Positions 9,325 through 18,996 of a stretch of 64,000 nucleotides of DNA are shown in pieces. The notes beneath the pieces are model-generated. The model was given only the letters and a program-made list of their open reading frames with translations. It was not told where the DNA came from and did not search any database. Made by a program: the position numbers and the translations under genes. How positions within the stretch are numbered: position 1 is the stretch's first letter; each line of letters opens with the position of its first letter. The DNA comes from a virus (lineage: Duplodnaviria; Caudoviricetes), in IMG/VR virus record IMGVR_UViG_3300027971_004105. The stretch is one strand, 5' to 3'.

Positions 9325-10076
9325 TGTTTTAATTGAGCCATTAATTCTTTATTAAAGATACCTTCTATTCTCATAGACCAACTCACTTTGTTGGTATTTT
9401 CCACTCCGCCATGCCAATCATGATTGTTCCAATAGAATGAGCTGCCGGGATTCATGTGTATTTTTTCGTCTCCGTTTTCCACATACAAAGATCTAACATT
9501 CATGGGATCAAACCATATAAAATGCTCTTCTTGTTCATAGGGTTCCATCTGTAAAAAGCAATCTCTGTGTTTGACAGTTTTTAATCCAGAATTTTTCAAC
9601 AATAGTATGATTGGTCCCAATGGTTCAAATGGCAGTTTTTTAGCCCAATCCACCAGTGATGGAAAATACTTGGATTCTTCTGTCCATCTACAGTCATACA
9701 TTGGTTTTTTATTTGCATCATAAGGTAGATATGGAGCGTTAATACATCTATCAAATTCTCTTATCACAAGATAATTCAGTGCTTCGTACACAGGATACTG
9801 ATACATTAACCAGTAATGAAAACCCACCATGTCGGTTTTTTCCAACTCTGCACCGTACTGTTTTAATTTAGGATCTGTTTCTTTATCACGCCAATAATTA
9901 TAGGCTCCTTTAATATCATCCACATATTCTTCATGATTTTCTATGCCGTAGTTCAATCTAATATGTGCGTGAGCTTTGCCTATGCCATAGTGAATATCTT
10001 TTGTGATGTCTTTTAATTGTTGTATATTCACATAAGGATCCATACAGATGTATGGTTTGCCGTAAACACCTTTCAT
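9321..10076 (-). CDS. 2OG/Fe(II)-type oxygenase-like protein
   Basis: KHRD...WNNHDWHGG...SMRIEG. Paralogue of 2890..3696. Confidence 0.6.
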   Translation of the reverse strand: MKGVYGKPYICMDPYVNIQQLKDITKDIHYGIGKAHAHIRLNYGIENHEEYVDDIKGAYNYWRDKETDPKLKQYGAELEKTDMVGFHYWLMYQYPVYEALNYLVIREFDRCINAPYLPYDANKKPMYDCRWTEESKYFPSLVDWAKKLPFEPLGPIILLLKNSGLKTVKHRDCFLQMEPYEQEEHFIWFDPMNVRSLYVENGDEKIHMNPGSSFYWNNHDWHGGVENTNKVSWSMRIEGIFNKELMAQLKQ

Positions 10077-10077
10077 A

Positions 10078-10626
10078 TTATCCCCATATGTTAAAAATAT
10101 ATTTGGGCACTAATCCTGCATTGGATCCTGCATGCCATGAAGTGCGTTTGGGCCATTTCCAAGTGGCTCCTGTTTCTTGATTGTACAAACAATGATCTTC
10201 CACAATTAAAACATGTCCTGGTGCTGGTGGACTTATGTGGCAATGAAATCGAACTATTTCTTTTTTGTGTTCTAAAGTTTTTTCATCGTCGGTGATATCC
10301 CAATGCCAAGGTGCTACATCTCCAGGTTTTACTCTACTGATCCAAGCATTGATATAGCTGCTCATTCCCACCCATTCACAAAACTTTTCCGCTATCTTTT
10401 TATCAAAATTTGTGCCTGGTAGGTACATGTCCCAACTGGCATTGCCGCCTTCGTGTTTCATTTTATAGCCAGCTTCACGCAATGGTTTGGCCACTTCTTC
10501 CACTCCTGGCACGTGATGCCCCACATCATGTCTTGGTCCTATATAAGCACTCTGTTGATCTTCAATGCTTTTTATAACACTGTGCCAATCAATCAGATCT
10601 TTGCAGTTACCCACATATTCAAGCAT
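10078..10626 (-). CDS. Asp/Asn beta-hydroxylase-like 2OG-Fe(II) oxygenase
   Basis: AWISRVKPGDVAPWHWD, RFHCHI, SWHAGSNAG. Confidence 0.7.
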   Translation of the reverse strand: MLEYVGNCKDLIDWHSVIKSIEDQQSAYIGPRHDVGHHVPGVEEVAKPLREAGYKMKHEGGNASWDMYLPGTNFDKKIAEKFCEWVGMSSYINAWISRVKPGDVAPWHWDITDDEKTLEHKKEIVRFHCHISPPAPGHVLIVEDHCLYNQETGATWKWPKRTSWHAGSNAGLVPKYIFNIWG

Positions 10627-11254
10627 TTAAAAAATCTCCTGGCCAATTGCCATAATTCATTTCCACAGTTAATTCATACAATTTAAAAGTGTCATACAAT
10701 TCACCCACAAGACTTTGAGCAAATCTAGGATGAGTGGGATCAAATAATATGGATTTTAACAATTCCTTGGACACATATCTATCTTCGTCACAGGTACAAC
10801 CGTAAAGATCCATTATGCGAACTTTGTTTTTATCATCCAAATAAAATGTGTGTGGATACAGATTGGATTTGTGTATGTTCATTGACAATAAGTCTGACAA
10901 AATGTCTTTGACTTGTTGTTGCCAGTTGGGCACTGCGGATATTTCGCCTGTGTGTATAAGTTTGCTTAGACTACGATCATACCATTTGAATTCAATGGTT
11001 CTATTTCTGTGATCAATGTTTAAGATTTCAGGAGCATATGGTTTATTTTTTAATTTTTCTATATAATTGGTTTCTCTAGCAAACCAATTTTGTCTAAAGT
11101 CATCTGTCATATTGGAATTAACAAAATATTGATTGCTGTTAAAATTCATTTTAAATATATCTTTGTCAGGACTAATCAATGGTTCATACACCATGTTGGC
11201 AATGGCTAATGTGCCCAGTTCATGTTTGTAAAAATTATTCCAATATTTCATCAT
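10619..11254 (-). CDS. Protein-kinase-like fold protein with degenerate catalytic motifs
   Basis: WFARE, YAPEILNID, NIHKSNLYPHTFYL, RIMDLYG. Paralogue of 1613..2302. Confidence 0.55.
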   Translation of the reverse strand: MMKYWNNFYKHELGTLAIANMVYEPLISPDKDIFKMNFNSNQYFVNSNMTDDFRQNWFARETNYIEKLKNKPYAPEILNIDHRNRTIEFKWYDRSLSKLIHTGEISAVPNWQQQVKDILSDLLSMNIHKSNLYPHTFYLDDKNKVRIMDLYGCTCDEDRYVSKELLKSILFDPTHPRFAQSLVGELYDTFKLYELTVEMNYGNWPGDFLNA

Positions 11255-11918
11255 ACATAACCTTTATGTTAAATCCACAAGTGTCTACCAGTTTGTTCAC
11301 TTGTGGTAGATGAGTGCGTTCTATTTTAAAACTTATTTCAGTTTCAGAAATTTTTTTAAATTTATTCATACATCCTTGTTTGTTTAATCTATTTAAAACT
11401 ATGGAAAAACTATGATCAAACAAATATCTTAGATTGTATGGAGGATCATTAACTATAATTTTGACCGAACACGGATCTTTTAGTTCTACTTTGTTTAATA
11501 ATTTTCTTACCACAAGTTGAATGCGTGATTTATATCCCAAATTAGCAGCAGAATGTATGCGACCAGCATCCATAAGATACACTGTGTTGTCCACTTCAGT
11601 GGGGTACATTTTTAAATTTTTTAAATCATACAGATAACTGTGTTCACCTTGCAGTGTCAAATGGTATCGGTCATCTATGTCAGCATGAGCACAATAACTT
11701 TCACCTGGCTCTAATACAATTATTCTTGCTTCACCCACAGATCCCAGTTGAGCAAACAGATCCACAATGGCGGGCTTTTTGAATTCATCTTTCAACTGCC
11801 AAGCATCATAGAAAAAATCTCCAGTAGGTTTATTCAATTGAGTTTTTGGTAAATCCAAAATTGGTAAACTGTTAAAAATTTCTTTGGCTGAACATGTGAT
11901 ATTAATTTGGTCAAGCAT
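11235..11918 (-). CDS. Asp/Asn beta-hydroxylase-like oxygenase with C-terminal extension
   Basis: ARIIVLEPGESYCAHADIDDRYHL, YLMDAGRIHSAAN, RIQLVV. Confidence 0.75.
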   Translation of the reverse strand: MLDQINITCSAKEIFNSLPILDLPKTQLNKPTGDFFYDAWQLKDEFKKPAIVDLFAQLGSVGEARIIVLEPGESYCAHADIDDRYHLTLQGEHSYLYDLKNLKMYPTEVDNTVYLMDAGRIHSAANLGYKSRIQLVVRKLLNKVELKDPCSVKIIVNDPPYNLRYLFDHSFSIVLNRLNKQGCMNKFKKISETEISFKIERTHLPQVNKLVDTCGFNIKVMYDEILE

Positions 11919-11923
11919 AGCTG

Positions 11924-11967
11924 TACTTATCGTGAAAAATTATGTGGGCAGTTAATTACGATAAATA
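11924..11967. promoter_or_regulatory. Divergent late-promoter pair
   Basis: ATAAGTA on the minus strand at 11924-11930, 5 nt before the ATG at 11918. ATAAATA on the plus strand at 11961-11967, upstream of the ATG at 11981. Confidence 0.5.
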
Positions 11968-11980
11968 CTCTGTCCATACT

Positions 11981-13024
11981 ATGTCCAATTTCGAGCAGTC
12001 AAATTTCAGTGATGAATCGTCAGTCAATGCTGGCCAATCATCTGAACAGTTAATCAGGATACAGAGCAACCAAAAAAAAGATAGTTTTAGGATAGAATTA
12101 TTCCTCAGCAACAGATGCAACTACAAGTGCTGGTATTGTTTTCCAGGATCCAATGAAGGCACACATGGTTGGCCTGATCTTGAATTGATCAAAAAGAATC
12201 TTTCCCATCTCATTGAACACTACAAAAAAAATATTGGCAAAAAAGATTTCTATCTGCACCTCATAGGAGGTGAACCCACCATATGGAAAGATTTTGGAGA
12301 ATTTACCAAATATTTTAAAGAACAATTCAACTGTTTGATTAGCATGAGCACCAATGGATCACGCACACTGAGATGGTGGGAAGAATATGGTCATTACAAT
12401 GACATTGTGATGCTGAGCTGTCATCATGAAAGAGTGGACGTGCCACATATTGTTGCTGTGGCAGATCTGTTGTACAAAAAAGGAGTCAGCGTGGATGCCA
12501 ACGTGCTGATGGATCCACATGCTTGGGATAAATGTGTGGCCATAGTGGAGCAGTTAAAATCCAGCCGAAAAAAATGGGCCATAAATGTGTTGGAGATTTA
12601 TCACAGCACAGTGAATTACAATGAAGAACAAAAGAAATATCTCAGTGACTGCAACAAAAGAAATCCATCATTTTTTCAACTGTTCAACTGGAAAAAAAGA
12701 AGGTTTGAAAAATTTAATTCCACTCCCACATTACATTTTAACAATAAGAAAAAGAAAAGAGTATTACAAAATTATCTTTCATTGAACAGTATGAACAATT
12801 TTGAAGGATGGCAGTGCAATGTGGGTGTGGACACCATACAGATCGACAAGCATGGATTAATCAAAGGCTCTTGTGGTAATCGTCTTTATAATTTGAATCG
12901 TTCATTCAATCTATTTAACCATGATTTTACTGATAACTTTTACCCTGATATTGTGCCCACAATTTGTGAAAGAAAACGCTGTACTTGTCAACCCGAAATC
13001 AACTGCAATAAAAAAACTTTATGA
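11981..13024 (+). CDS. Radical SAM protein with C-terminal SPASM/twitch-like Cys domain
   Basis: CNYKCWYC, GGEPT, TNG, C-terminal C...GSC...C-x4-CTC. Start moved to the ATG at 11981 downstream of the promoter. Confidence 0.85.
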   Translation: MSNFEQSNFSDESSVNAGQSSEQLIRIQSNQKKDSFRIELFLSNRCNYKCWYCFPGSNEGTHGWPDLELIKKNLSHLIEHYKKNIGKKDFYLHLIGGEPTIWKDFGEFTKYFKEQFNCLISMSTNGSRTLRWWEEYGHYNDIVMLSCHHERVDVPHIVAVADLLYKKGVSVDANVLMDPHAWDKCVAIVEQLKSSRKKWAINVLEIYHSTVNYNEEQKKYLSDCNKRNPSFFQLFNWKKRRFEKFNSTPTLHFNNKKKKRVLQNYLSLNSMNNFEGWQCNVGVDTIQIDKHGLIKGSCGNRLYNLNRSFNLFNHDFTDNFYPDIVPTICERKRCTCQPEINCNKKTL

Positions 13025-13842
13025 GTAACACAGAGCAATTAAAAACAATTTACGAAACCAGTGTGTTCAAAAACATATTGCATCTAGTTGATGATGTGTA
13101 TTTTCCTTTGGCCAGCCAGTGGAAAAACATTGGCGTCAGTGTGAGTGGTGGTGCTGACAGTGCTCTAATGGCATATCTGCTGTGTGATTTGATTGACAAA
13201 AATCAGTTGAATATCACTGTGCATATTATTACCAATGTTAGATGTTGGAAAACCAGACCTTGGCAGCGTCACAACAGTATGGAAGTTTATAACTGGTTGA
13301 CTGATGAATTTAAAAGCATAAAATTCAAAAGACACGAAAATTTTATTGCTCCTGAACTGGAATGGGGATCCAAAGGACCCAGCATTGTGGATGAATATGG
13401 TAGATTAAAGAGTGGCAATCAAATAGAACTGAGAGCACATGCTGAATATGTGGCTCACACAAAAAAATTAGATGCTTGGTACTGTGGAGTGACCAAGAAT
13501 CCCGATAAAGAATTTGATCATCGTCTCACTGACAGAGATGTGTTGCTCGACACATTGTCTGACACAGTGCTGGACAGATTAATCAAAGCACACATGGGCG
13601 GCTATGCTTGTCACCCTTTCACTTATGTGCAGAAAGATTGGATAGTTGCCCAATATAAAAAATTAGGCATAATGGACCTATTTGATCTCACTCGCAGTTG
13701 TGAAGGTGACCGCGACACATCACCTAAAATCTTTGGAGACTTGGACTACAGGACTTATGTGCCAGGCCAGCCCGTGCCCGTGTGTGGAGAATGTTTTTGG
13801 TGTCAAGAGCGACAATGGGGAGTAGACAGTGTCAGACCATAA
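13021..13842 (+). CDS. QueC-like PP-loop ATPase
   Basis: VSVSGGADSAL PP-loop and C-terminal TRSCEG...CGECFWCQER Zn-binding motif as in QueC. Confidence 0.7.
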   Translation: MSNTEQLKTIYETSVFKNILHLVDDVYFPLASQWKNIGVSVSGGADSALMAYLLCDLIDKNQLNITVHIITNVRCWKTRPWQRHNSMEVYNWLTDEFKSIKFKRHENFIAPELEWGSKGPSIVDEYGRLKSGNQIELRAHAEYVAHTKKLDAWYCGVTKNPDKEFDHRLTDRDVLLDTLSDTVLDRLIKAHMGGYACHPFTYVQKDWIVAQYKKLGIMDLFDLTRSCEGDRDTSPKIFGDLDYRTYVPGQPVPVCGECFWCQERQWGVDSVRP

Positions 13843-15247
13843 CGAATATTGGATGAATCCTGAAGATTCACAACTGGGCAAATGGCAGAGAGAAATAGAA
13901 TCTGTCACAGGCACACCCACCTATTGTATATTGCCTTGGATACATTTTGCCACCAGACCCAATGGTGACATGAGGCTGTGTTGTTCAGCCAATGCCAGTG
14001 GTGCTGGATCAGATCACACAGTGGGTATTATTAAAAAAGAAGATGGCACACCTGCCAACTTTGGAGTGGATACTCCTATGAGTGCTTGGAACAATGATTA
14101 TATGAAAAGTGTGCGTACCACCATGCTGAAAGGTCAGATACCTGCCAGTTGTCGCAAGTGTTTTGATGAAGAACGTGTGGGTGTGGTGAGCAAAAGAATA
14201 TGGGAAACTGGCACGTGGCATCGAGATGGTGTGGATGTGCCTGAACTGATACGTCAAACCCAAGAAGATGGCACAGTGCCTGAAAAATTATTGTATTTGG
14301 ATCTGCGTTTGGGACACACTTGCAATATCAAATGTGTGATGTGTTCTCCACATGACAGCAGCAAATGGGTGAATGATTGGCAACAACTGATGCCACAATT
14401 ACAAAACAAAGAAGTCAAAGATCAAATACAATGGGATCGAAAAGAATTCAACAACTTCTGGCATGAAAAAGATACTTTTTGGCAGGAGATGTATCGTCAA
14501 ATACCCAATCTCAAACAGGTGTATTTTGCTGGTGGTGAACCACTAATGATCAAAGAACACAAAACTTTTATAGAGGAAATCATAAGACAGGGTTATCAAG
14601 ATCGTATATTGTTGCGTTATAATTCCAATGGTATATTAGTGGATGAAGATTTAATCCAGTTATGGAGTAAATTTAAAAAAGTTAAATTTGCTGTGAGCAT
14701 GGATGCCACACATCAGCGTGATGAATACATACGTTTTCCCACACAATGGGCCACAGTGGAAAAGAATTTACACATGTTGGACAATACTCCTGACAACATA
14801 CAAGTGAGTTTAGCCACTGCCATACAAATTTTTAATATCAAACACTTACCTGATTTTATGAAATGGAAAATACAGAGCGGATTTAAAAAATTAAATGTGG
14901 GCACAGTGCCTGGTGGGGTACAAATGGGTGGAGGATTGGTCAACATGCATTTATTATACATACCAACTTTTTTAAGCATACAAATATTGCCCAAAGAAGA
15001 CAAACAACAAATAAGAGAACTGTTTATGGACTTTAAAGATTGGCTGAAGCACAATTATAGACAGGACGATGATTTTTGGAAAACCAATCCTTATGGATGG
15101 AGACGTTGGGAAGCAGTATTGATGCACATGGAAGCCAAAGATAATTCTAGATTGTTGCCAGGCTTTAAAGAATATGTGAACAAATTGGATGCTATCAGAG
15201 GATTGAGTGCTGCTAAAGTTTTTCCTGAGTTAGCACATCTTTTATAG
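13829..15247 (+). CDS. Radical SAM protein with N-terminal twitch/SPASM domain
   Basis: YCILPW...GDMRLCC...CRKC, followed by LDLRLGHTCNIKCVMC and FAGGEPL. Confidence 0.9.
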   Translation: MSDHNEYWMNPEDSQLGKWQREIESVTGTPTYCILPWIHFATRPNGDMRLCCSANASGAGSDHTVGIIKKEDGTPANFGVDTPMSAWNNDYMKSVRTTMLKGQIPASCRKCFDEERVGVVSKRIWETGTWHRDGVDVPELIRQTQEDGTVPEKLLYLDLRLGHTCNIKCVMCSPHDSSKWVNDWQQLMPQLQNKEVKDQIQWDRKEFNNFWHEKDTFWQEMYRQIPNLKQVYFAGGEPLMIKEHKTFIEEIIRQGYQDRILLRYNSNGILVDEDLIQLWSKFKKVKFAVSMDATHQRDEYIRFPTQWATVEKNLHMLDNTPDNIQVSLATAIQIFNIKHLPDFMKWKIQSGFKKLNVGTVPGGVQMGGGLVNMHLLYIPTFLSIQILPKEDKQQIRELFMDFKDWLKHNYRQDDDFWKTNPYGWRRWEAVLMHMEAKDNSRLLPGFKEYVNKLDAIRGLSAAKVFPELAHLL

Positions 15248-15905
15248 CCTTAAACACAGCAGCATCACCTTCCGGTCCCATGTGATTCACTGTGAAATGA
15301 AATATATCATTCAACCAATGATTTTCAAATTTATGTCTAAAAGAATCTGTTCTACAACTGATATAAAACAAAGGTGTACGCATTTCTATTCCATGTTTCC
15401 AATCATGTAAAAATTTAATGTCTTTTAATTCTGCTTTGGGCCAATCATGTATACGTATGTCTCCAAAACTCCAAAGATGTATGATTTTTCCAGATACTTT
15501 ACTGAGATATTCATGATCCAACCAATATGCTGTGGCTGTGAATTCCATTCTTTCTTTGTTCCAATCACGCAAATGTTCTATGTACATCTGTGCTGCTTTA
15601 GATCTAGGATCGTCTTTTTTGTATGCTTTAGGACCTGTAAAATCTCCTTTGTGATGATATATTCTGTAAGGTTCGGTCCAGCAGAACACTGTGTAATCTA
15701 AATTTTTGTATTGATCAAAGTTTTTTGTGTAATCTATCACTGTAGTCCAATAGCTGGAACCTCCCACTCCATTGTGAACAACTTTGCTGTCCAAATGATC
15801 TGCTAATTGTCCCATCCAATTTTGTTTTTCAGCATAGGAACAAAAACTATCTCCAAAAAATCCTATCTGCTTTTGGGCACCTGTACGTCCGCGATACATA
15901 CACAT
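15213..15905 (-). CDS. SGNH/GDSL hydrolase or O-acyltransferase-like protein
   Basis: FFGDSF block I, GVGGSS block II, NHMGPEG block V. Exact start uncertain. Confidence 0.65.
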   Translation of the reverse strand: MCMYRGRTGAQKQIGFFGDSFCSYAEKQNWMGQLADHLDSKVVHNGVGGSSYWTTVIDYTKNFDQYKNLDYTVFCWTEPYRIYHHKGDFTGPKAYKKDDPRSKAAQMYIEHLRDWNKERMEFTATAYWLDHEYLSKVSGKIIHLWSFGDIRIHDWPKAELKDIKFLHDWKHGIEMRTPLFYISCRTDSFRHKFENHWLNDIFHFTVNHMGPEGDAAVFKAIKDVLTQEKL

Positions 15906-16843
15906 CTCCTTTGATTACAAATGATTGATTTTGTGGGAAATTTAAATTCTTCATTGTATTTTTTTCCAACAAAATTATTTAATTCGACTCTACAGCCTGC
16001 TCCCAAATACATGCGTTTGTCATAATTTATGTATATTCTATTGATGCCTGCGTCACATTTGAACCCACTCCAGTCCACAATGTCATGAGTAACTGCCCAA
16101 TAAGGATCAAAATCTTTGATGCCTTCCTCAGTGACCATGTACATGTCTCTGTTCAATTTGGAATCCACTCTTGGACTGATTCTGTTTTGTGCTCTAATAG
16201 GAGTTTGAAAAATTTGTTTTTGTTCTGCAGTGTAAGGATATAAATCTCTTTCTTCTGCAGTGTCTGATTCCCAAGTGTGATGCAAAGGTTTGGCTTGTAT
16301 GCCCCATTGTTTGTGCTGACTGTTTTTTAACACTTCTACTATTTCCAAACATCTATTCCAATCGTTGGGCTTCATCATCACATGACAGATGCTGTCGATT
16401 TTTTGTTCTATCAGATTATCACACACTGCTACAATGTGATTGGGATCCACAAATTCTGGGTGTATGCTGAAATGCACAGCAAAAAAGTTTTTAGCATGCT
16501 CCTGCCACCAGTGTAATTTTCTACTGCCATTGGTAATGGGTATGATATAATTATTAGGTTTGGAATTTATGTAGGCACACAGCTCGGCAAAATCCTTGTA
16601 TAGTGTAGGTTCACCCCCACCAAATTTCCAAATGTAATCTGTGATACCTAGGTTGCTGTAATGATTGTGAAGTTTGTCTATGAATGTTTTGCTTTCATCT
16701 AGGTTTATCCAAGGAAAGCTATTGTTGTGCAGTATGGGCAGACAGTATGAACAATTGTAATTGCAAGTATTGCCCAATGTCCATTCAATCTGCAGCACAC
16801 GGTTAAATTCTTTAAATTTATAATCTATTTTTTCAATCAACAT
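15863..16843 (-). CDS. Radical SAM protein (C-terminal twitch-like domain)
   Basis: CNYNCSYC, GGGEPT, TNG, C-terminal CDAG...GC...C-x4-CVC. Confidence 0.9.
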   Translation of the reverse strand: MLIEKIDYKFKEFNRVLQIEWTLGNTCNYNCSYCLPILHNNSFPWINLDESKTFIDKLHNHYSNLGITDYIWKFGGGEPTLYKDFAELCAYINSKPNNYIIPITNGSRKLHWWQEHAKNFFAVHFSIHPEFVDPNHIVAVCDNLIEQKIDSICHVMMKPNDWNRCLEIVEVLKNSQHKQWGIQAKPLHHTWESDTAEERDLYPYTAEQKQIFQTPIRAQNRISPRVDSKLNRDMYMVTEEGIKDFDPYWAVTHDIVDWSGFKCDAGINRIYINYDKRMYLGAGCRVELNNFVGKKYNEEFKFPTKSIICNQRRCVCIADVQVPKSR

Positions 16844-17744
16844 TGTTCAACTTGGTTATGTTTATGTCTGCAGCACAAGTGCACCATTTGCGAGTACAAT
16901 CAATAGGTGTTGTGGGTTTTGCAAAAGTGCCTTGATAGATGTTGCCCAAACTGCCACCCACTCTACAAGTGGCTCGGTGAACTGCACCATCCCAATTGAT
17001 CATAAGACTTTCCACACCAGCCATACAACTCCATCCTAGAAATTGATTGGTTTTGTTGATCAGTAAATCATTCACATTGCATTCCACTGTGTTGTCTATG
17101 AGAGTATTTTTTGGTGGGGTATGATTGTTTACTGCCAAAAATTCTTTCTCTTCCGCACTGTAATGAATCATGTCTTCAAAATCATCGTGTGTTTTGGTCC
17201 AGCGTATGGGTCTCAGAGCATAGCGTATGCCCGCATCTAAAAGAGCCTCACAAGCGTCTTTAACGTCTTTTAAACGTCCTGGCAGCATCATCATATGCAC
17301 TAGAACATTTTTGTTGGCAGACTGTGCGTAAACCTTGATAATTGTGTTTATCACCTTCAGCCAATCAGATTCCAAATGCACACTGAACACAATATGATTG
17401 ATATAGTTTTCCAAAATATTTTGGTAAAATTCCACAGTTCTGGTACCATTGGTGGTGACATTGATCCAACCAATTTTATTTTTGGCATGTTGTAACAACT
17501 GTTCTATGTGTGGATGCACACAAGGTTCACCGCCAGTCAAACTGATTCTCACATTGGGTATAACGCTCAATGTGTCCACAGTGCGTTTCAGTATTTCTAT
17601 ATCAGTGTGTTCACTGTGATTGTCATGTATTTCTGCTGGACAATAGCTGCAATCCAAATTGCATCGTTTGCCAAGATTCCATTCCACTTTGACACTGTTT
17701 CTGATATGAGGATACAAGTGTTCCACTTTAAACATAATCAGCAA
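16833..17744 (-). CDS. Radical SAM protein (C-terminal twitch-like domain)
   Basis: CNLDCSYC, TGGEP, TTNG, CMAG...TC...CTRKWCTC. Confidence 0.9.
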   Translation of the reverse strand: MLIMFKVEHLYPHIRNSVKVEWNLGKRCNLDCSYCPAEIHDNHSEHTDIEILKRTVDTLSVIPNVRISLTGGEPCVHPHIEQLLQHAKNKIGWINVTTNGTRTVEFYQNILENYINHIVFSVHLESDWLKVINTIIKVYAQSANKNVLVHMMMLPGRLKDVKDACEALLDAGIRYALRPIRWTKTHDDFEDMIHYSAEEKEFLAVNNHTPPKNTLIDNTVECNVNDLLINKTNQFLGWSCMAGVESLMINWDGAVHRATCRVGGSLGNIYQGTFAKPTTPIDCTRKWCTCAADINITKLNNVD

Positions 17745-18996
17745 ACTCCGGATTTATTTTTTCAAAAGGTCCTTGATTTCTTGTGATGTCTAATCGGCGA
17801 TTAAAATCCACACAATCCATCCAGTATTGATTAAGATCTTTGGCTTTTAAAAAATTAATGTTGTCCTGTATTTGTTGTAGAGTAATTTTTTCCAATATTG
17901 GATGCTGTTGGACCAATGCATAATCTTTAATTCGAGGTTTCATTGCTTCCAGTTTGTCTATCACTTGATTTTTTAATTTTGCTGGCAACACTTGAGCACT
18001 CAATGCTCGGGGATAGTTTACTCTGTGACTGTAAAACACAATGCCCAAATCATTTAAAAAGTAATCAATCACACGGTCTATTTGCATGATATTGTTGGCT
18101 TGCACTGTGAATGCTCCCACTATTCTACTCACTGTGGGTATTTGTTTTATTATTTTTATGTTGTTGACCACATCCATGAACTTGCCATTGCCTCGGATAT
18201 ATTCATAAGTGTCAAAGATTCCATCAATACTCACATTCACTGCCACACTTTTAAATTTGGGCCAGTATTCCTGTATAGTCCTACCACCTTTGATGCCCAA
18301 CACTGTGCCATTGGTGGCATATTTGATCTCAATGTTGGATCCATTCTCACTCAATAGGTCCAATATTTTATAATGTGTGGGATCCATTAGAGGTTCGCCA
18401 CCAGCAAATTCCACACGTTTAAAATGAGGAATAAGTTTTTTTAAATTGTCCCAAAAATGTGGTTTATCTTCAAACAGATCCACATGCGGAGCCTGTGTCA
18501 AACCCAGATCTTCCACTGCTTTGACCAAGTAATTGTTTTCTTTCTTGTAATGATCCACAATACTGTTCCAGTCTTTCCATTGTGTGCTGTCCAATGGATT
18601 ACACATACGACATTTCAAGTTGCACAAGTTATTAATTTTGATTTCCATAGTGGGCAATTCAAAAGGCATGGTATAATCTTCTTTTAAACTGTCCAAAGCC
18701 GTGGGATATAGATTGATTCTAGATTCAGGAATATTATCACTGATGTGTCTTTGTCTCAAACTCTGCACTCCTTGATCTTCTAGATCAAAACAAGGCGCAC
18801 ACACATCAGGTCGCTCATCATTCAACACCTGACGTCGCACTTCTTTCATCTTTTCATTGTTCCATGCCTGTTCCATGGTTTCATTTTGTATATTACTGAT
18901 GGGTAAACTTCTGCAACACACCTTTATAGCACCATCTTCTCTGGTGGCCAATCCTGTGAATGGATGCATACAAAATGTACAACTTTTATTTTTCAT
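17728..18996 (-). CDS. Radical SAM protein with N-terminal twitch/SPASM domain
   Basis: FCMHPF...KVCC...CAPC, then NLCNLKCRMC and FAGGEPL. Paralogue of 13829..15247. Confidence 0.9.
   Translation of the reverse strand: MKNKSCTFCMHPFTGLATREDGAIKVCCRSLPISNIQNETMEQAWNNEKMKEVRRQVLNDERPDVCAPCFDLEDQGVQSLRQRHISDNIPESRINLYPTALDSLKEDYTMPFELPTMEIKINNLCNLKCRMCNPLDSTQWKDWNSIVDHYKKENNYLVKAVEDLGLTQAPHVDLFEDKPHFWDNLKKLIPHFKRVEFAGGEPLMDPTHYKILDLLSENGSNIEIKYATNGTVLGIKGGRTIQEYWPKFKSVAVNVSIDGIFDTYEYIRGNGKFMDVVNNIKIIKQIPTVSRIVGAFTVQANNIMQIDRVIDYFLNDLGIVFYSHRVNYPRALSAQVLPAKLKNQVIDKLEAMKPRIKDYALVQQHPILEKITLQQIQDNINFLKAKDLNQYWMDCVDFNRRLDITRNQGPFEKINPEFADYV

Noticed and set aside
11981-13024. Calling this radical SAM QueE because it precedes a QueC-like gene
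   Set aside because: It is longer than QueE and has a C-terminal Cys-rich twitch-like domain like its paralogues at 15863-17744 and 20569-21570.
15213-15247. 35-nt convergent overlap between radical SAM and SGNH genes (also 8192-8195)
   Set aside because: Short tail-to-tail overlaps are common in compact phage genomes, and no additional structure was seen.
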